The position numbers and the translations under genes were made by a program. The notes beneath the pieces are model-generated. The model was not told the origin of the DNA. It was given only the letters and a program-made list of their open reading frames with translations, and did no database searches. Shown in pieces: positions 17,799 through 27,064 of a stretch of 53,615 bases of DNA. Numbering within the stretch: the stretch's first letter is position 1; the number at the start of each line of letters is the position of its first letter. The stretch is from Euryarchaeota archaeon UBA89 (GTDB lineage Archaea; Thermoplasmatota; Poseidoniia; Poseidoniales; Thalassarchaeaceae), in NCBI GenBank assembly GCA_002495525.1, contig DAFS01000008.1:1-53615 (forward strand), written 5' to 3'.

Positions 17799-18607
17799 TT
17801 CTGGAATAAATTCTTATATCTCTCACAAACAATCTTTTCAATAGGACTTGATGGCGATAATAACCAATTCAGATATCTTGGATCATTTCTTTTTATTTCA
17901 TCTAAACTCCTTCCTTTGTATTTTCCAAAGGCAACTATGATGTCAGTATTGTTTACTCTCAATAACCCTCTTGATTGAGGCACAGGTTCTAAATCTTCAA
18001 GCCCCGGTCCAAGAATATTTTCCCTTCTAGCGCCCGCCAAAGAGTCTTGTAAATCATCAATAGAACCTCTAAAAAATCTAGGATTTTCTTTCATTATTTT
18101 CCATAATAAAATCAAAGTCGCACCTGCATCCGCATCCGCTCTATGTGCGTTGGATAAATCGATTCCATATTTATTACATAATATTCCTAGCTTATGTCTC
18201 CCGGGTATCTTTAATTTTCTAGCTATTACTAAAGTATCAATAATTGCTCTTGGCTTAGGAGTTTCGACTCCTGCTCTGAAACATTCCATCTCAAGCATCT
18301 TCCAATCAAATTTAATTATATTATGTCCAACAATGATTGAATCATTAATTATTTTTGATATTTCACCGATGTGCTCAGAGAAATTACCTGAGGCCCTGAC
18401 ATCTTGATCTTTAATTCCATGAACATTCGATGCTTCGAAAGGTATTCTCTTTTCTGGATATACTAATGATTGTAGATTTATGTCACTTCCGTCTACATCA
18501 CTACCAATTAATGCATATTCGACAATCCTTTCTTTCCTAACATCAAAACCCGTAGTTTCTAAATCAAATCCAACAACTCGGAAGCCATCAAAAATCTCCC
18601 CAGTCAT
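17795..18607 (-). CDS. DnaQ-like DEDDh 3'-5' exonuclease with DUF3820-like C-terminal domain
   Basis: Exo I VVGFDLETTG, Exo II VGHNIIKFDWKMLE, Exo III HRADADAGAT. The C-terminal FGKYKGRSLDEIKRNDPRYLNWLL resembles the ExoX-C/DUF3820 module. ATG 18607 is preferred over TTG 18658. Confidence 0.8.
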   Translation of the reverse strand: MTGEIFDGFRVVGFDLETTGFDVRKERIVEYALIGSDVDGSDINLQSLVYPEKRIPFEASNVHGIKDQDVRASGNFSEHIGEISKIINDSIIVGHNIIKFDWKMLEMECFRAGVETPKPRAIIDTLVIARKLKIPGRHKLGILCNKYGIDLSNAHRADADAGATLILLWKIMKENPRFFRGSIDDLQDSLAGARRENILGPGLEDLEPVPQSRGLLRVNNTDIIVAFGKYKGRSLDEIKRNDPRYLNWLLSPSSPIEKIVCERYKNLFQN

Positions 18608-18715
18608 GATTATTCGAAACACACCTCCCAAATGAACTAATCCGTCCGCATCTTTCAAATCATATATTTTTGATATTCTTCAAGTATCTTTTTCCAACAT
18701 CGCTATGAACATCAT

Positions 18716-19900
18716 ATGATGCACAGGCGCCCAATGTCGTCAACTAAGGCTGTAACTTTCTCGGTATCTTGTATGATTTTATTGGTCTCGCTCGCTGGCT
18801 GTACAGGGCTTTCTTCAACAACACCAAATGCAGAAATTTCTTCTGATGTAACCGAGATTAATGTTGGTGATGTTGTAAATTTTGATGGCCGAAGTTCTAC
18901 ATCACCCTCGCCTTCAATTATCGTAGATTATGATTGGGATTTTGGCGATGGTGAAACACGATTAACTAAATCTGGAATAATTAGTCATTATTTTCAAAAT
19001 TCAGGAAATCACGAAGTCCAACTAAAAGTCACCAATGACCTAGGCGAATCCGATTCTATTTCAATGACAATTTTTGTTAATTCCCCGCCCTCAATCATTA
19101 TTGAAATCCCTGGCTTTGTCAAAACTGGTGAGATAGCAACTTTAGACGCCACCAATTCTTTTGATCCAGAAGGAGGGGATTTGGAATATATTTGGGATTT
19201 CGATAAGACATTTGATAGCGATGGAGATGGAGATCCAACTGGAGATGCAGATGCAACATCTTCTACAGCCGTGATAGAATTTTTAGTAGCCGGTAATCAA
19301 ACAGGAATATTAACCGTGGTTGATGATAAGGGAGGAATTTCATCCGAAGAATGGACAATTATGGTAATTTCTAGAACATTTTATGTCTATTGGGAAGAAG
19401 AAAAAATCACCTACTCATGGTCAGATTATCTCGAACAGGGAGAGACAGTTTCACTTATCCATGAACCAGGTCTCAATTCCCGTATTATCGAGTTTAATGC
19501 ATCATTAATATTAGATAGAGAACTAATACCATTATTATGGCCTGAAGATAATTTTTCATTGCATGTCGATTTACCTATGACTGGATGGACAACATCTACT
19601 TCCACAACACATGATAATATCACAGAAAATGCATCTGCCTATATCTCATATGATGAATTGAATGAGATTCCAGAGAGCGGTTATAACATTCAAGCAGATT
19701 CTGCTGAAAACATAGTTTATTCCTTACTTAACGAACCCGGTCAGAGGTGGGGTATGGGCGAATGGGCATGGTCTATTACTGCAGATCAATGTGATCCAGA
19801 TATACCAGTAGATGGTATCGATCCTGATACCGGCAATGATTGGAATTTAGAAGTTGAATTTATTATTTTGACACCAAGAGTTGCGGAAATTGGAGTTTAA
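18716..19900 (+). CDS. Secreted lipoprotein-type protein with PKD-like domains
   Basis: Signal peptide with lipobox-like LVSLAGC. PKD signatures are DYDWDFGDGE...HYFQNSGNHEVQLKVTNDLGESD and EYIWDFD...GILTVVDDKGG. Confidence 0.7.
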   Translation: MMHRRPMSSTKAVTFSVSCMILLVSLAGCTGLSSTTPNAEISSDVTEINVGDVVNFDGRSSTSPSPSIIVDYDWDFGDGETRLTKSGIISHYFQNSGNHEVQLKVTNDLGESDSISMTIFVNSPPSIIIEIPGFVKTGEIATLDATNSFDPEGGDLEYIWDFDKTFDSDGDGDPTGDADATSSTAVIEFLVAGNQTGILTVVDDKGGISSEEWTIMVISRTFYVYWEEEKITYSWSDYLEQGETVSLIHEPGLNSRIIEFNASLILDRELIPLLWPEDNFSLHVDLPMTGWTTSTSTTHDNITENASAYISYDELNEIPESGYNIQADSAENIVYSLLNEPGQRWGMGEWAWSITADQCDPDIPVDGIDPDTGNDWNLEVEFIILTPRVAEIGV

Positions 19901-19952
19901 ATCTTCATTCAATAGTGGGAAGGCCTTTCAAGTAATTCTCCATGGCATAGCC

Positions 19953-20306
19953 ATGGTCAAAGGGATGGAGATAACCAAAGTCTCAATTCGGGACAGACTT
20001 ATTGCAGATCTGAAAGTAATTATGAGTAACCCTCGAGATTATGATTTTTCTCCACGTGCAGATATTAATGACAATATTCTTAGTATCCAGAATGAAGATG
20101 ATGATTCTTCAAGAACCTCATTTGAATTAGACTCTGAAATGATGGCAACAATAGAAAGAGATCGTATGCTTGAGTTAAGGGTTAAATTCAATGTGGATGG
20201 TATGCATGGTGTTCTTTTACACAAAACTCCTAATCCAAGAGATGGCCCTAAATCTAAGAAATTGGCTCAACCAAGTTGGAAAACAATCCTTCCATTGGAT
20301 ATGTAA
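19953..20306 (+). CDS. Hypothetical protein
   Basis: ORF only. The TTG at 19881 overlaps the upstream gene, so ATG 19953 is chosen. No motif recognised. Confidence 0.3.
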   Translation: MVKGMEITKVSIRDRLIADLKVIMSNPRDYDFSPRADINDNILSIQNEDDDSSRTSFELDSEMMATIERDRMLELRVKFNVDGMHGVLLHKTPNPRDGPKSKKLAQPSWKTILPLDM

Positions 20307-20363
20307 ATATCTCCAACTTATCACCGTCGGAATTAAAGATGAACCTTCTCTCGATGTTCTATT

Positions 20364-20440
20364 GGACCCATAGTGTAGCCTGGATATCACTGGGGCTTGC
20401 GGAGCCTTAAACCCGTGTTCAAATCGCGGTGGGTCCGCCA
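20364..20440 (+). tRNA. tRNA-Arg (anticodon GCG), CCA encoded
   Basis: Perfect 7-bp acceptor GGACCCA/TGGGTCC. D arm has an AGCCTGGATAT loop. Anticodon loop is TTGCGGA. T arm is CCGTG-TTCAAAT-CGCGG. Discriminator G is followed by CCA. Confidence 0.85.
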
Positions 20441-20528
20441 TTTACATTCGTTAGTGTATACTAAAATAATAATTATTTCTAGATTATTGTTCCATAGATT
20501 TCAAACCAATAAACTATTACGATTTATC

Positions 20529-20942
20529 ATGGCTTTCGTATCTTCTAGGCGAATAGACTTCCCAATGGTAGATTTAGCAGGTATTGTTTATTACCCCAGA
20601 TTTTGGGATTTAGCACATCGTTTCTATGAAGAATCATGGAATTATACCTGTGGTATTCACTATAACGAATTACTTCAAAGTTATCGTTTGGGTTTCCCCT
20701 TAGTGCACAGCGAAGCAAATTTTCATCATCCACTTAAGTACGGAGATACAGCAACTTGTAAATTGAAAATCAAGAATATAGGAAATACTTCTATAACTTG
20801 GAGCTTCGAAATATTCAACCAAGAAGAAATTTTGTGCTGGACATCAGTACAAACTACGGTTTGTACAAGCATGGATGAAATAACTAAGAAAGTGTCAGTA
20901 CCAGAGTGGATGCGTGATGGGCTTTCAAAAATTCAAGAGTAG
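20529..20942 (+). CDS. Hotdog-fold acyl-CoA thioesterase (4HBT/YbgC-like)
   Basis: FPMVDLAGIVYYPRFWDLAHRFYEESW matches the YbgC-type catalytic Asp region. Starts at ATG 20529, because the longer ORF runs through the tRNA-Arg gene. Confidence 0.75.
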   Translation: MAFVSSRRIDFPMVDLAGIVYYPRFWDLAHRFYEESWNYTCGIHYNELLQSYRLGFPLVHSEANFHHPLKYGDTATCKLKIKNIGNTSITWSFEIFNQEEILCWTSVQTTVCTSMDEITKKVSVPEWMRDGLSKIQE

Positions 20943-20945
20943 TAA

Positions 20946-21338
20946 TTATTCTCTAGGCCACTTTTTTGTTAATGCGGTCCTCAATCCATCATCCATTTTA
21001 GCATCCCACCAATTTGCCTTTCTCCATATGGCATATCTCCCTCTAATTCCTCGTAAATCAGCACCCTCAAGTTTAGCCCCTTGGAAATTAGAAAGATTCA
21101 TTTTAGCCTTAATAAAAATCGCATTTCTCATATCTGCATTATCGAATGCAGCCTTCATTAAATTAGCACCCTTGAAAGAAGCCCTCCTCATATCAGCACC
21201 TGAAAGGTCTGCTCCTTCAAGATCCGCTCCATCAAAAACTGCCCTTTTTAGATTAGCGCCAGAGAGATTAACCCCCCTCAAATCTTTACCGATATGAGAT
21301 GTATATGACCAATCTTCTTTTTCTTCCTCATCAGACAC
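20946..21338 (-). CDS. Pentapeptide-repeat protein
   Basis: Uninterrupted A(D/N)LxG-type repeats: GVNLSGANLKRAVFDGADLEGADLSGADMRRASFKGANLMKAAFDNADMRNAIF... Confidence 0.85.
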   Translation of the reverse strand: MSDEEEKEDWSYTSHIGKDLRGVNLSGANLKRAVFDGADLEGADLSGADMRRASFKGANLMKAAFDNADMRNAIFIKAKMNLSNFQGAKLEGADLRGIRGRYAIWRKANWWDAKMDDGLRTALTKKWPRE

Positions 21339-21885
21339 GTGTCAAACTCTCCAGATAATCCCGTCCAGCATCAGTGAGAATCACATACCGATTTTTCTTT
21401 GGCATACCAGTGGGATATTCCAAGAATGGCTCCATTTTTTTCCCAGAAACTCCACCTTCTAACATCCGATTTATATAGAGTGAAAGATTCCATTTTTCAA
21501 CATCATCTTCACTCCATTTTCCCGATTGAGAAACTAAATTTTTCAATTCTCTTGGTGGCGTATTTGTTTCCTTTTCAACAAATCTCAGATAATTAATTGC
21601 TGCAAGAATAACATCTCCTGTTTTCTCAATATTACACGAATCTAACACTCTTCTGAAAGCAGACCCCCTTTCTGGAATCCCACTTTGAACAGCTCTTTGT
21701 GCAGCAACTTGTACAGCAGAATCTCTAGCATTTTTTATTGTTAATAGTTTTTCTTTCCAAGAATCTCCTTCTTTAATTTTTAACCAATCCTCTTGAACTT
21801 CTTTAGACGATCCAGTTAAATCGATAATATCGCTTCCAACCTTGATATAAATACGACCAATTCCAGAGTTTCCATCTTGACTCAT
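21331..21885 (-). CDS. Hypothetical protein, co-transcribed with the pentapeptide-repeat gene
   Basis: 184-aa ORF overlapping the downstream gene by 8 nt. No family recognised. Confidence 0.5.
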   Translation of the reverse strand: MSQDGNSGIGRIYIKVGSDIIDLTGSSKEVQEDWLKIKEGDSWKEKLLTIKNARDSAVQVAAQRAVQSGIPERGSAFRRVLDSCNIEKTGDVILAAINYLRFVEKETNTPPRELKNLVSQSGKWSEDDVEKWNLSLYINRMLEGGVSGKKMEPFLEYPTGMPKKNRYVILTDAGRDYLESLTRV

Positions 21886-21989
21886 ATGTTATCGGAAGGA
21901 GTCAATTTAGTTAAATCCTAGTATATTTTTTTAACAAAAAGTGATTTTGTTAGTGTGAGATTTAAGATACTCTACTAATTGCGAGGTAC

Positions 21990-22760
21990 ATGCAAGATGA
22001 TAGCAGTACAGGATTTCCTTTGGTTTTACATGCCGAAGCAGACCCTAGTCGTCTCGGAGGAACTGCAATATGTGGTTTCTCAACTGTAGGTTCCGTAGGA
22101 GTTATTGCGACTTCACATTTGATTTCATCTTTGAAATTAGATGTAATGGGTACGGTGTTACATCCTCAATTTCCAGCAATTGCTCTGATACATGATTCAG
22201 TACCAAAGCATCCAGTTAGAGTATATCAAGGAGAGGGAGTTGGAGTATTCACATCGGAAATACAATTCCCTAATGAAAAAGATATTTATTTTGCAGAAAC
22301 TGTTTTACAGTGGTTCACAAAAGGCGGTTTTGACAGATTAATTGTAATCGACGGAGTAATTAGTAACGAACTTGGAATCAAAGAAGAAGGCGAGTTATGG
22401 GGCGTTTCTTCCAATCAAGTTGGACGAGATCAACTCGATAATGCAGGAATACGTAGAATCCAACAGGGAATCGTTTCTGGAATTGCCGGATATCTAATTG
22501 CAGAAGGTGAACGCCGTGGACTTGCTGTAACTGCCTTGTTAGCGGAGTGTAACCCAATGTATCCTGATGCTAGAGCCGCACTTATCGCTGTTGAAGGTGT
22601 AAGTGAATTATTAGATAAAGAAATACCGATTCAGGAATTATTAGACGATGCCCGGAAAATCGAAGAAAGAGTTAGAGAGGCATTTAATCGCGCTCAAAAG
22701 ACAGCCTTACCTGCACCAAGTAATGAAGATGATGATGACGAAGTACAGATGGTATTCTAA
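21990..22760 (+). CDS. PAC2-family proteasome assembly chaperone, second paralogue
   Basis: GGTAICGFSTVGSVGVIATSHLISSLKLDVMGTVLHPQFPAIALI parallels the 15755-16561 protein. Acidic C-terminal tail DDDDEVQMVF. Confidence 0.75.
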   Translation: MQDDSSTGFPLVLHAEADPSRLGGTAICGFSTVGSVGVIATSHLISSLKLDVMGTVLHPQFPAIALIHDSVPKHPVRVYQGEGVGVFTSEIQFPNEKDIYFAETVLQWFTKGGFDRLIVIDGVISNELGIKEEGELWGVSSNQVGRDQLDNAGIRRIQQGIVSGIAGYLIAEGERRGLAVTALLAECNPMYPDARAALIAVEGVSELLDKEIPIQELLDDARKIEERVREAFNRAQKTALPAPSNEDDDDEVQMVF

Positions 22761-23321
22761 TTAGTAAAATGGATTAGTTCCAGCTGCATGATCTGTAGTA
22801 TCGATAATTTCAGAAATACCTGGTACGTTATCTGTAATCATGACTTCTACGCCTTGTTTTAGGGTCACATCTACCATTCCACATCCTTGACAGCCTCCGC
22901 CAAAAGCGATGTATGCCTTACCCTCGTCGACACCTAGTAAATCCACATGTCCTCCATGTGAAGCTACAGCAGGGTTGACATGTTCAGCAATTACGTCTGC
23001 TACACTTTGAGATAAATCATCTATCCAAAGAGGATTCGGGTTATCAAATGCAAAACCCCCTCCCATCAGGGTCTCTTTGTAGTCTAAAGTAGTACCATCT
23101 ATGTATTGAATACTTCTTTCAGCAATTAGAATATTAAGTCCATTTGATTCTGTTTTGGCATCACCCTCTTTTGCATCTTTAATGGGGACTAGTTGTAAAT
23201 CGTAGTTGAATCCGTTTGCTCCTCTCCCAACAATTTCTATACGGACAGCGACATCAGAATCATCTCCTTGAGAGATGTATTGATTCAACATCTCCTGAGC
23301 CTTCTCTGTAATCTCTAGCAT
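22761..23321 (-). CDS. NfuA-like Fe-S cluster carrier (IscA-like N-domain plus Nfu C-domain)
   Basis: C-terminal HGGHVDLLGVDEGKAYIAFGGGCQGCGMVDVTLKQGVE carries the Nfu CxxC motif. ATG 23321 is preferred over TTG 23330. Confidence 0.8.
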   Translation of the reverse strand: MLEITEKAQEMLNQYISQGDDSDVAVRIEIVGRGANGFNYDLQLVPIKDAKEGDAKTESNGLNILIAERSIQYIDGTTLDYKETLMGGGFAFDNPNPLWIDDLSQSVADVIAEHVNPAVASHGGHVDLLGVDEGKAYIAFGGGCQGCGMVDVTLKQGVEVMITDNVPGISEIIDTTDHAAGTNPFY

Positions 23322-23408
23322 GTTACTCAATGTGTTGCAATAGGTGCCCTTTATTCAACCTGTCCTCAAACAGGCAAGACTCATGACCCTAGTTCTTTAC
23401 GAAGTATC

Positions 23409-24419
23409 GTGCCTCCCTCCGATGTCCGAGATCAATTTGGTAGGCCTTTGAAGGATTTACGAATATCCGTTACTGATAGATGCAACTTCCGATGCAGATA
23501 CTGCATGCCTAGAGAGCGCTTTAGTGAAAATCATACCTTTCTTCCGAAGAGGGCATTTTTATCTTTCGAAGAAATAGAAAAAGTAGTTCGTTCATGCATG
23601 TCTTTAGGTCTAGAAAAAGTTAGGATTACTGGTGGAGAACCTCTTTTGAGAAAAGATTTACCTAAGTTAATTGAAATGTTATCGGCCCTCGGAATTGAAA
23701 TCGCACTAACTACAAACGCATCTCTTCTGAAAAAGTATGCAAAAAATCTCCATTCTGCGGGCTTGACTCGTGTAACAGTTAGCTTAGATGCATTAGATCC
23801 TGAACTTCATAGGGCAATGTCTGATAGTAATATTTCAGTAGAATCTATTCTAGAAGGTATCGATGAAGCAATTCGTGTAGGGCTTTCACCTGTGAAAATA
23901 AATTGTGTTGTTCAGAAAGGAGTTAATGAAGAGCAAGTTAGCAAGTTAGTAAATCACTTCCGTCACACTGGAGTAATTGTACGTTTTATTGAATATATGG
24001 ATGTAGGTAGGACAAATGGTTGGCAATTAGCACAAGTAGTACCATCTGAAAAAATTCTAGATCATCTACAGAAAGAGTTTGATTTGATTCCTGTCGATGC
24101 GGAAAAAAATAGCGATGTTGCTGTAAGATGGGGGCATAGGGATGGCTCGGGAGAAATAGGATTAATTTCTTCTGTAACATCTCCCTTTTGTGGAGATTGT
24201 GTAAGGGCTCGCCTTTCAGCAGATGGCAGATTAGTCACTTGTTTATTTGCTTCAGGGGGGCACGATATCCGTGCATTAATCCACAACGGTGCAGGTGAAG
24301 AGGATTTACAAGCAGCAATAGCAGCTATTTGGCATCGGCGAGAAGATCGTTACAGCGAAATTCGCTCAGAAGATACTGCCGCACTCCCTCGAATTGAGAT
24401 GTCCTATATTGGTGGCTGA
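23409..24419 (+). CDS. moaA: GTP 3',8-cyclase (molybdenum cofactor biosynthesis, radical SAM)
   Basis: LRISVTDRCNFRCRYCMP is the radical-SAM CxxxCxxC motif. The C-terminal second cluster is CGDCVRARLSADGRLVTC. GTG start. Confidence 0.9.
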   Translation: MPPSDVRDQFGRPLKDLRISVTDRCNFRCRYCMPRERFSENHTFLPKRAFLSFEEIEKVVRSCMSLGLEKVRITGGEPLLRKDLPKLIEMLSALGIEIALTTNASLLKKYAKNLHSAGLTRVTVSLDALDPELHRAMSDSNISVESILEGIDEAIRVGLSPVKINCVVQKGVNEEQVSKLVNHFRHTGVIVRFIEYMDVGRTNGWQLAQVVPSEKILDHLQKEFDLIPVDAEKNSDVAVRWGHRDGSGEIGLISSVTSPFCGDCVRARLSADGRLVTCLFASGGHDIRALIHNGAGEEDLQAAIAAIWHRREDRYSEIRSEDTAALPRIEMSYIGG

Positions 24420-25702
24420 GTTTGATCTAGTGATTCAATAATCACATCCCACGGTGCATTAGTTCTGAAGGAAGGCTTTGGATAATGGGATAAACCAGCC
24501 TTGAATCCTTTTTTATTGATCAATTCTATCATTTTAATAGGGCTCGGAGGCGATCCAACATTCCTCCAACTCGCTAAATCATCAGTTAGAATTAGGAACT
24601 CACCTTCTATAATTTCTGCTTCATTTTTAATATTTTTAATACTACGAATAATCTTCCTTCTTTCCAATTCGAAATCTCTATCACTCCAATTCATAGGATT
24701 TTTAGGATCATATTCCGTTGTACACATGGATATTACTTCTTCTTCTGTGAAACTAGCCATTGCAGCAGAGTCCCCAAGAGGGCCTATCCAAAGTGGACCC
24801 GAGACCCTTTTATCCTCTCTATTTACGGGATATGAAAGTGGTAAAAAACAATGCATAGGTAAAGATTCAGTTGAACTCTTAGGTGTCAAACCCTCTTGCA
24901 TTGAAGCGCTTACTTCTTTTTCATTAGGTCCTGCTATCCTCCACCCTAACATTTTTTCTAATTGATTTGCCATTTCTATAGATTTTCTAACTTTCAAAGA
25001 TAATCTTAGATGGTGTGAATCCCAAACAGATAATATCGGCTCAGCGAATCTATCGTGTTTTGCCGCAGTCCTAGCTATGCATGCCATGAGGACTCTTAAT
25101 CCTGAGTCATGTGCCAAATTATCTGGATTTATTCTAGCCCCATATCTTCTCATTAATGCTGTTTTTGAAGAACCTGCTAAAGCTGCAGTATCTGTAGCGC
25201 TAATTTCTAGAATTGCTTTCTTTGCTAGTGATTGAATTGCAGTATCTAAAAATGGCATTGGTGAACCAAACGGGTCGACATCCACCCAATGCCAACCTTG
25301 GTCTAAAACCGCAGACCTCAAATCTCCTTGTCTCCAGTTCAATACACCTCCTGTATTATTTGGAGGAAATCTTTGATGATTTTCCATAGCCCTTTTTATG
25401 GAGTTCTCATTCATATCGCAGACAGTAACTCTTAGCCTATTTACTAGTTTTTCTGGTAGTTCGTTTAACCACCTTCTTGCTCTTAGACCACTAGCCGCTA
25501 AACCATCTATGGCGTATATTTCCGAACCGCCTAAATATCCCGATTCGATAATATGTTTCATCAAAATAATACTTCTAGTCCTTGAACCTGACATTGCAGG
25601 GTTGTAGAATACTTTCTCATAATCTTTAGTCGAAGGGCCAATTACATCGTTTTCTATATTATTATCTAATTGAATCAATGTAGCTCCTTCAAGGTGAATC
25701 AT
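24404..25702 (-). CDS. trm1: tRNA (guanine26-N2)-dimethyltransferase Trm1
   Basis: VFYNPAMSGSRTRS and VDVDPFGSPMPFLDTAIQS are Trm1 signatures. The start is uncertain (ATG 25702 or 25732, TTG 25744); 25702 gives the usual N-terminal length. Confidence 0.85.
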   Translation of the reverse strand: MIHLEGATLIQLDNNIENDVIGPSTKDYEKVFYNPAMSGSRTRSIILMKHIIESGYLGGSEIYAIDGLAASGLRARRWLNELPEKLVNRLRVTVCDMNENSIKRAMENHQRFPPNNTGGVLNWRQGDLRSAVLDQGWHWVDVDPFGSPMPFLDTAIQSLAKKAILEISATDTAALAGSSKTALMRRYGARINPDNLAHDSGLRVLMACIARTAAKHDRFAEPILSVWDSHHLRLSLKVRKSIEMANQLEKMLGWRIAGPNEKEVSASMQEGLTPKSSTESLPMHCFLPLSYPVNREDKRVSGPLWIGPLGDSAAMASFTEEEVISMCTTEYDPKNPMNWSDRDFELERRKIIRSIKNIKNEAEIIEGEFLILTDDLASWRNVGSPPSPIKMIELINKKGFKAGLSHYPKPSFRTNAPWDVIIESLDQTQPPI

Positions 25703-25740
25703 TCTCAACCTCCTCAACCATATAATTCCCATGTACCAAT

Positions 25741-26874
25741 TCAATAATGTGAGAAAATAACCTCGGAATCTGCATGAGTGACTTCCCTTTTTTTATCATG
25801 GACATAACCAATAGTTCTGGTCCCTGGTAATTTTTCATTCAACCATTTTTCCACGGATGGTGATTTATCTTTACTGATTACGATAGTCATGCCCATACCC
25901 ATATTGAAGGTTCTATGCATTTCTCTATTACTTACAGAACCATTTTCTGCTAACCATCTAAATTCTGGTAAAACCGGTAAAGGATTATCTATATGCCATC
26001 CAAAATCATCATGTAATCTAAGAAGGTTAGAAAGTCCACCGCCAGTTATATGCGCCATCGCTTTGATATCAGAGATTTCACAAGGTCCTGTACCTTCTCT
26101 ACATTCTTTAATCAAATCTATCAACGGATTGACATAGATTCTTGTGGGATTGAGTAGAACCTCTCCCAATGTGATGTCTCCTTCTTCAAATCTTTCAATT
26201 TCTCTATTTTCATGAGCTGAATCAAAAGGACATTTTTCAAATAAAGAATTGCCAGAACGTTCTACGATGGCCCTAACAAGCGTATAGCCATTAGAATGGA
26301 CTCCACTACTAGGCAAACCAATCATTATGTCGCCATTTTGGATTTGTGCTCCCGTAATGGCACCTCCCTTCGGGAACCAACCCAGTGCTGTGCCAGATAA
26401 ATCTAATTCAGTTACAATACCTGGCAATGTTGCAGTTTCTCCACCAGCCAAAGTGACTCTTGCTCTATTGCAAGCTTCTGCTAGAGATTTACCGAGTATT
26501 GCATGTGTTTTAGTATCGGTTCGTGGCACTGCAATATAATCTACAAATGCAATAGGTTCCGCTCCTACGCACAAAAGATCGTTTACATTCATTGCTACAC
26601 AGTCAATTCCAACTCCATCATATCTTTGTAACTCATTTGCAATCATTAGTTTGGAGCCTACACCATCTGTGGCCAATGCTAATCTATAATCTCCAAATTC
26701 TATAATTCCTCCAAATCCACCCGGAAGAGGAACAGGCGCTCCAAAATCGCCCTTTTTTCTGATTGATGAAGAAAGAGCACCTACTAAACTCGCAACAGCA
26801 GCACTCTCTGCATCTATGTCTACTCCAGACGATGCATAATTCATTGGGGTGTCAGGCATGGTCTCGCGAGACAT
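25741..26874 (-). CDS. purM: Phosphoribosylformylglycinamidine cyclo-ligase (AIR synthase)
   Basis: YASSGVDIDAESAAV...GGFGG...LATDGVGSKL and the C-terminal HITGGGLSNL are PurM motifs. Confidence 0.9.
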   Translation of the reverse strand: MSRETMPDTPMNYASSGVDIDAESAAVASLVGALSSSIRKKGDFGAPVPLPGGFGGIIEFGDYRLALATDGVGSKLMIANELQRYDGVGIDCVAMNVNDLLCVGAEPIAFVDYIAVPRTDTKTHAILGKSLAEACNRARVTLAGGETATLPGIVTELDLSGTALGWFPKGGAITGAQIQNGDIMIGLPSSGVHSNGYTLVRAIVERSGNSLFEKCPFDSAHENREIERFEEGDITLGEVLLNPTRIYVNPLIDLIKECREGTGPCEISDIKAMAHITGGGLSNLLRLHDDFGWHIDNPLPVLPEFRWLAENGSVSNREMHRTFNMGMGMTIVISKDKSPSVEKWLNEKLPGTRTIGYVHDKKREVTHADSEVIFSHY

Positions 26875-27064
26875 AACTACTGCATGAAATACCCTGTCTG
26901 TTATTTTCTAATAATTTTCCTACATATCGCATGTGTATTAATATTTTATGAGTTTTTTTTTATTATCTCGATAACTATTCAAAAAACAGATATTTAGACA
27001 CATTCCCAAGAGACTCTATAAATGTTATATGTCGTCGAAGGTCCTACCGGAACGTGAGTATCCT

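Noticed and set aside
20397-20528. N-terminal extension of the thioesterase ORF.
   Set aside because: It overlaps the well-folded tRNA-Arg gene (20364-20440). The thioesterase homology begins only at the ATG at 20529.
20914-21297. 127-aa + strand ORF opposite the pentapeptide-repeat gene.
   Set aside because: It is a mirror-frame artefact of the repeat. Its translation is low-complexity (SAPSRSAPSK...), whereas the - strand gives canonical A(D/N)LxG pentapeptide units.
16562-21989. Segment around tRNA-Arg, considered as an integrated mobile element or genomic island.
   Set aside because: I saw no integrase, transposase or phage gene, and no direct repeat of the tRNA 3' end. It is kept only as a low-interest synteny question.
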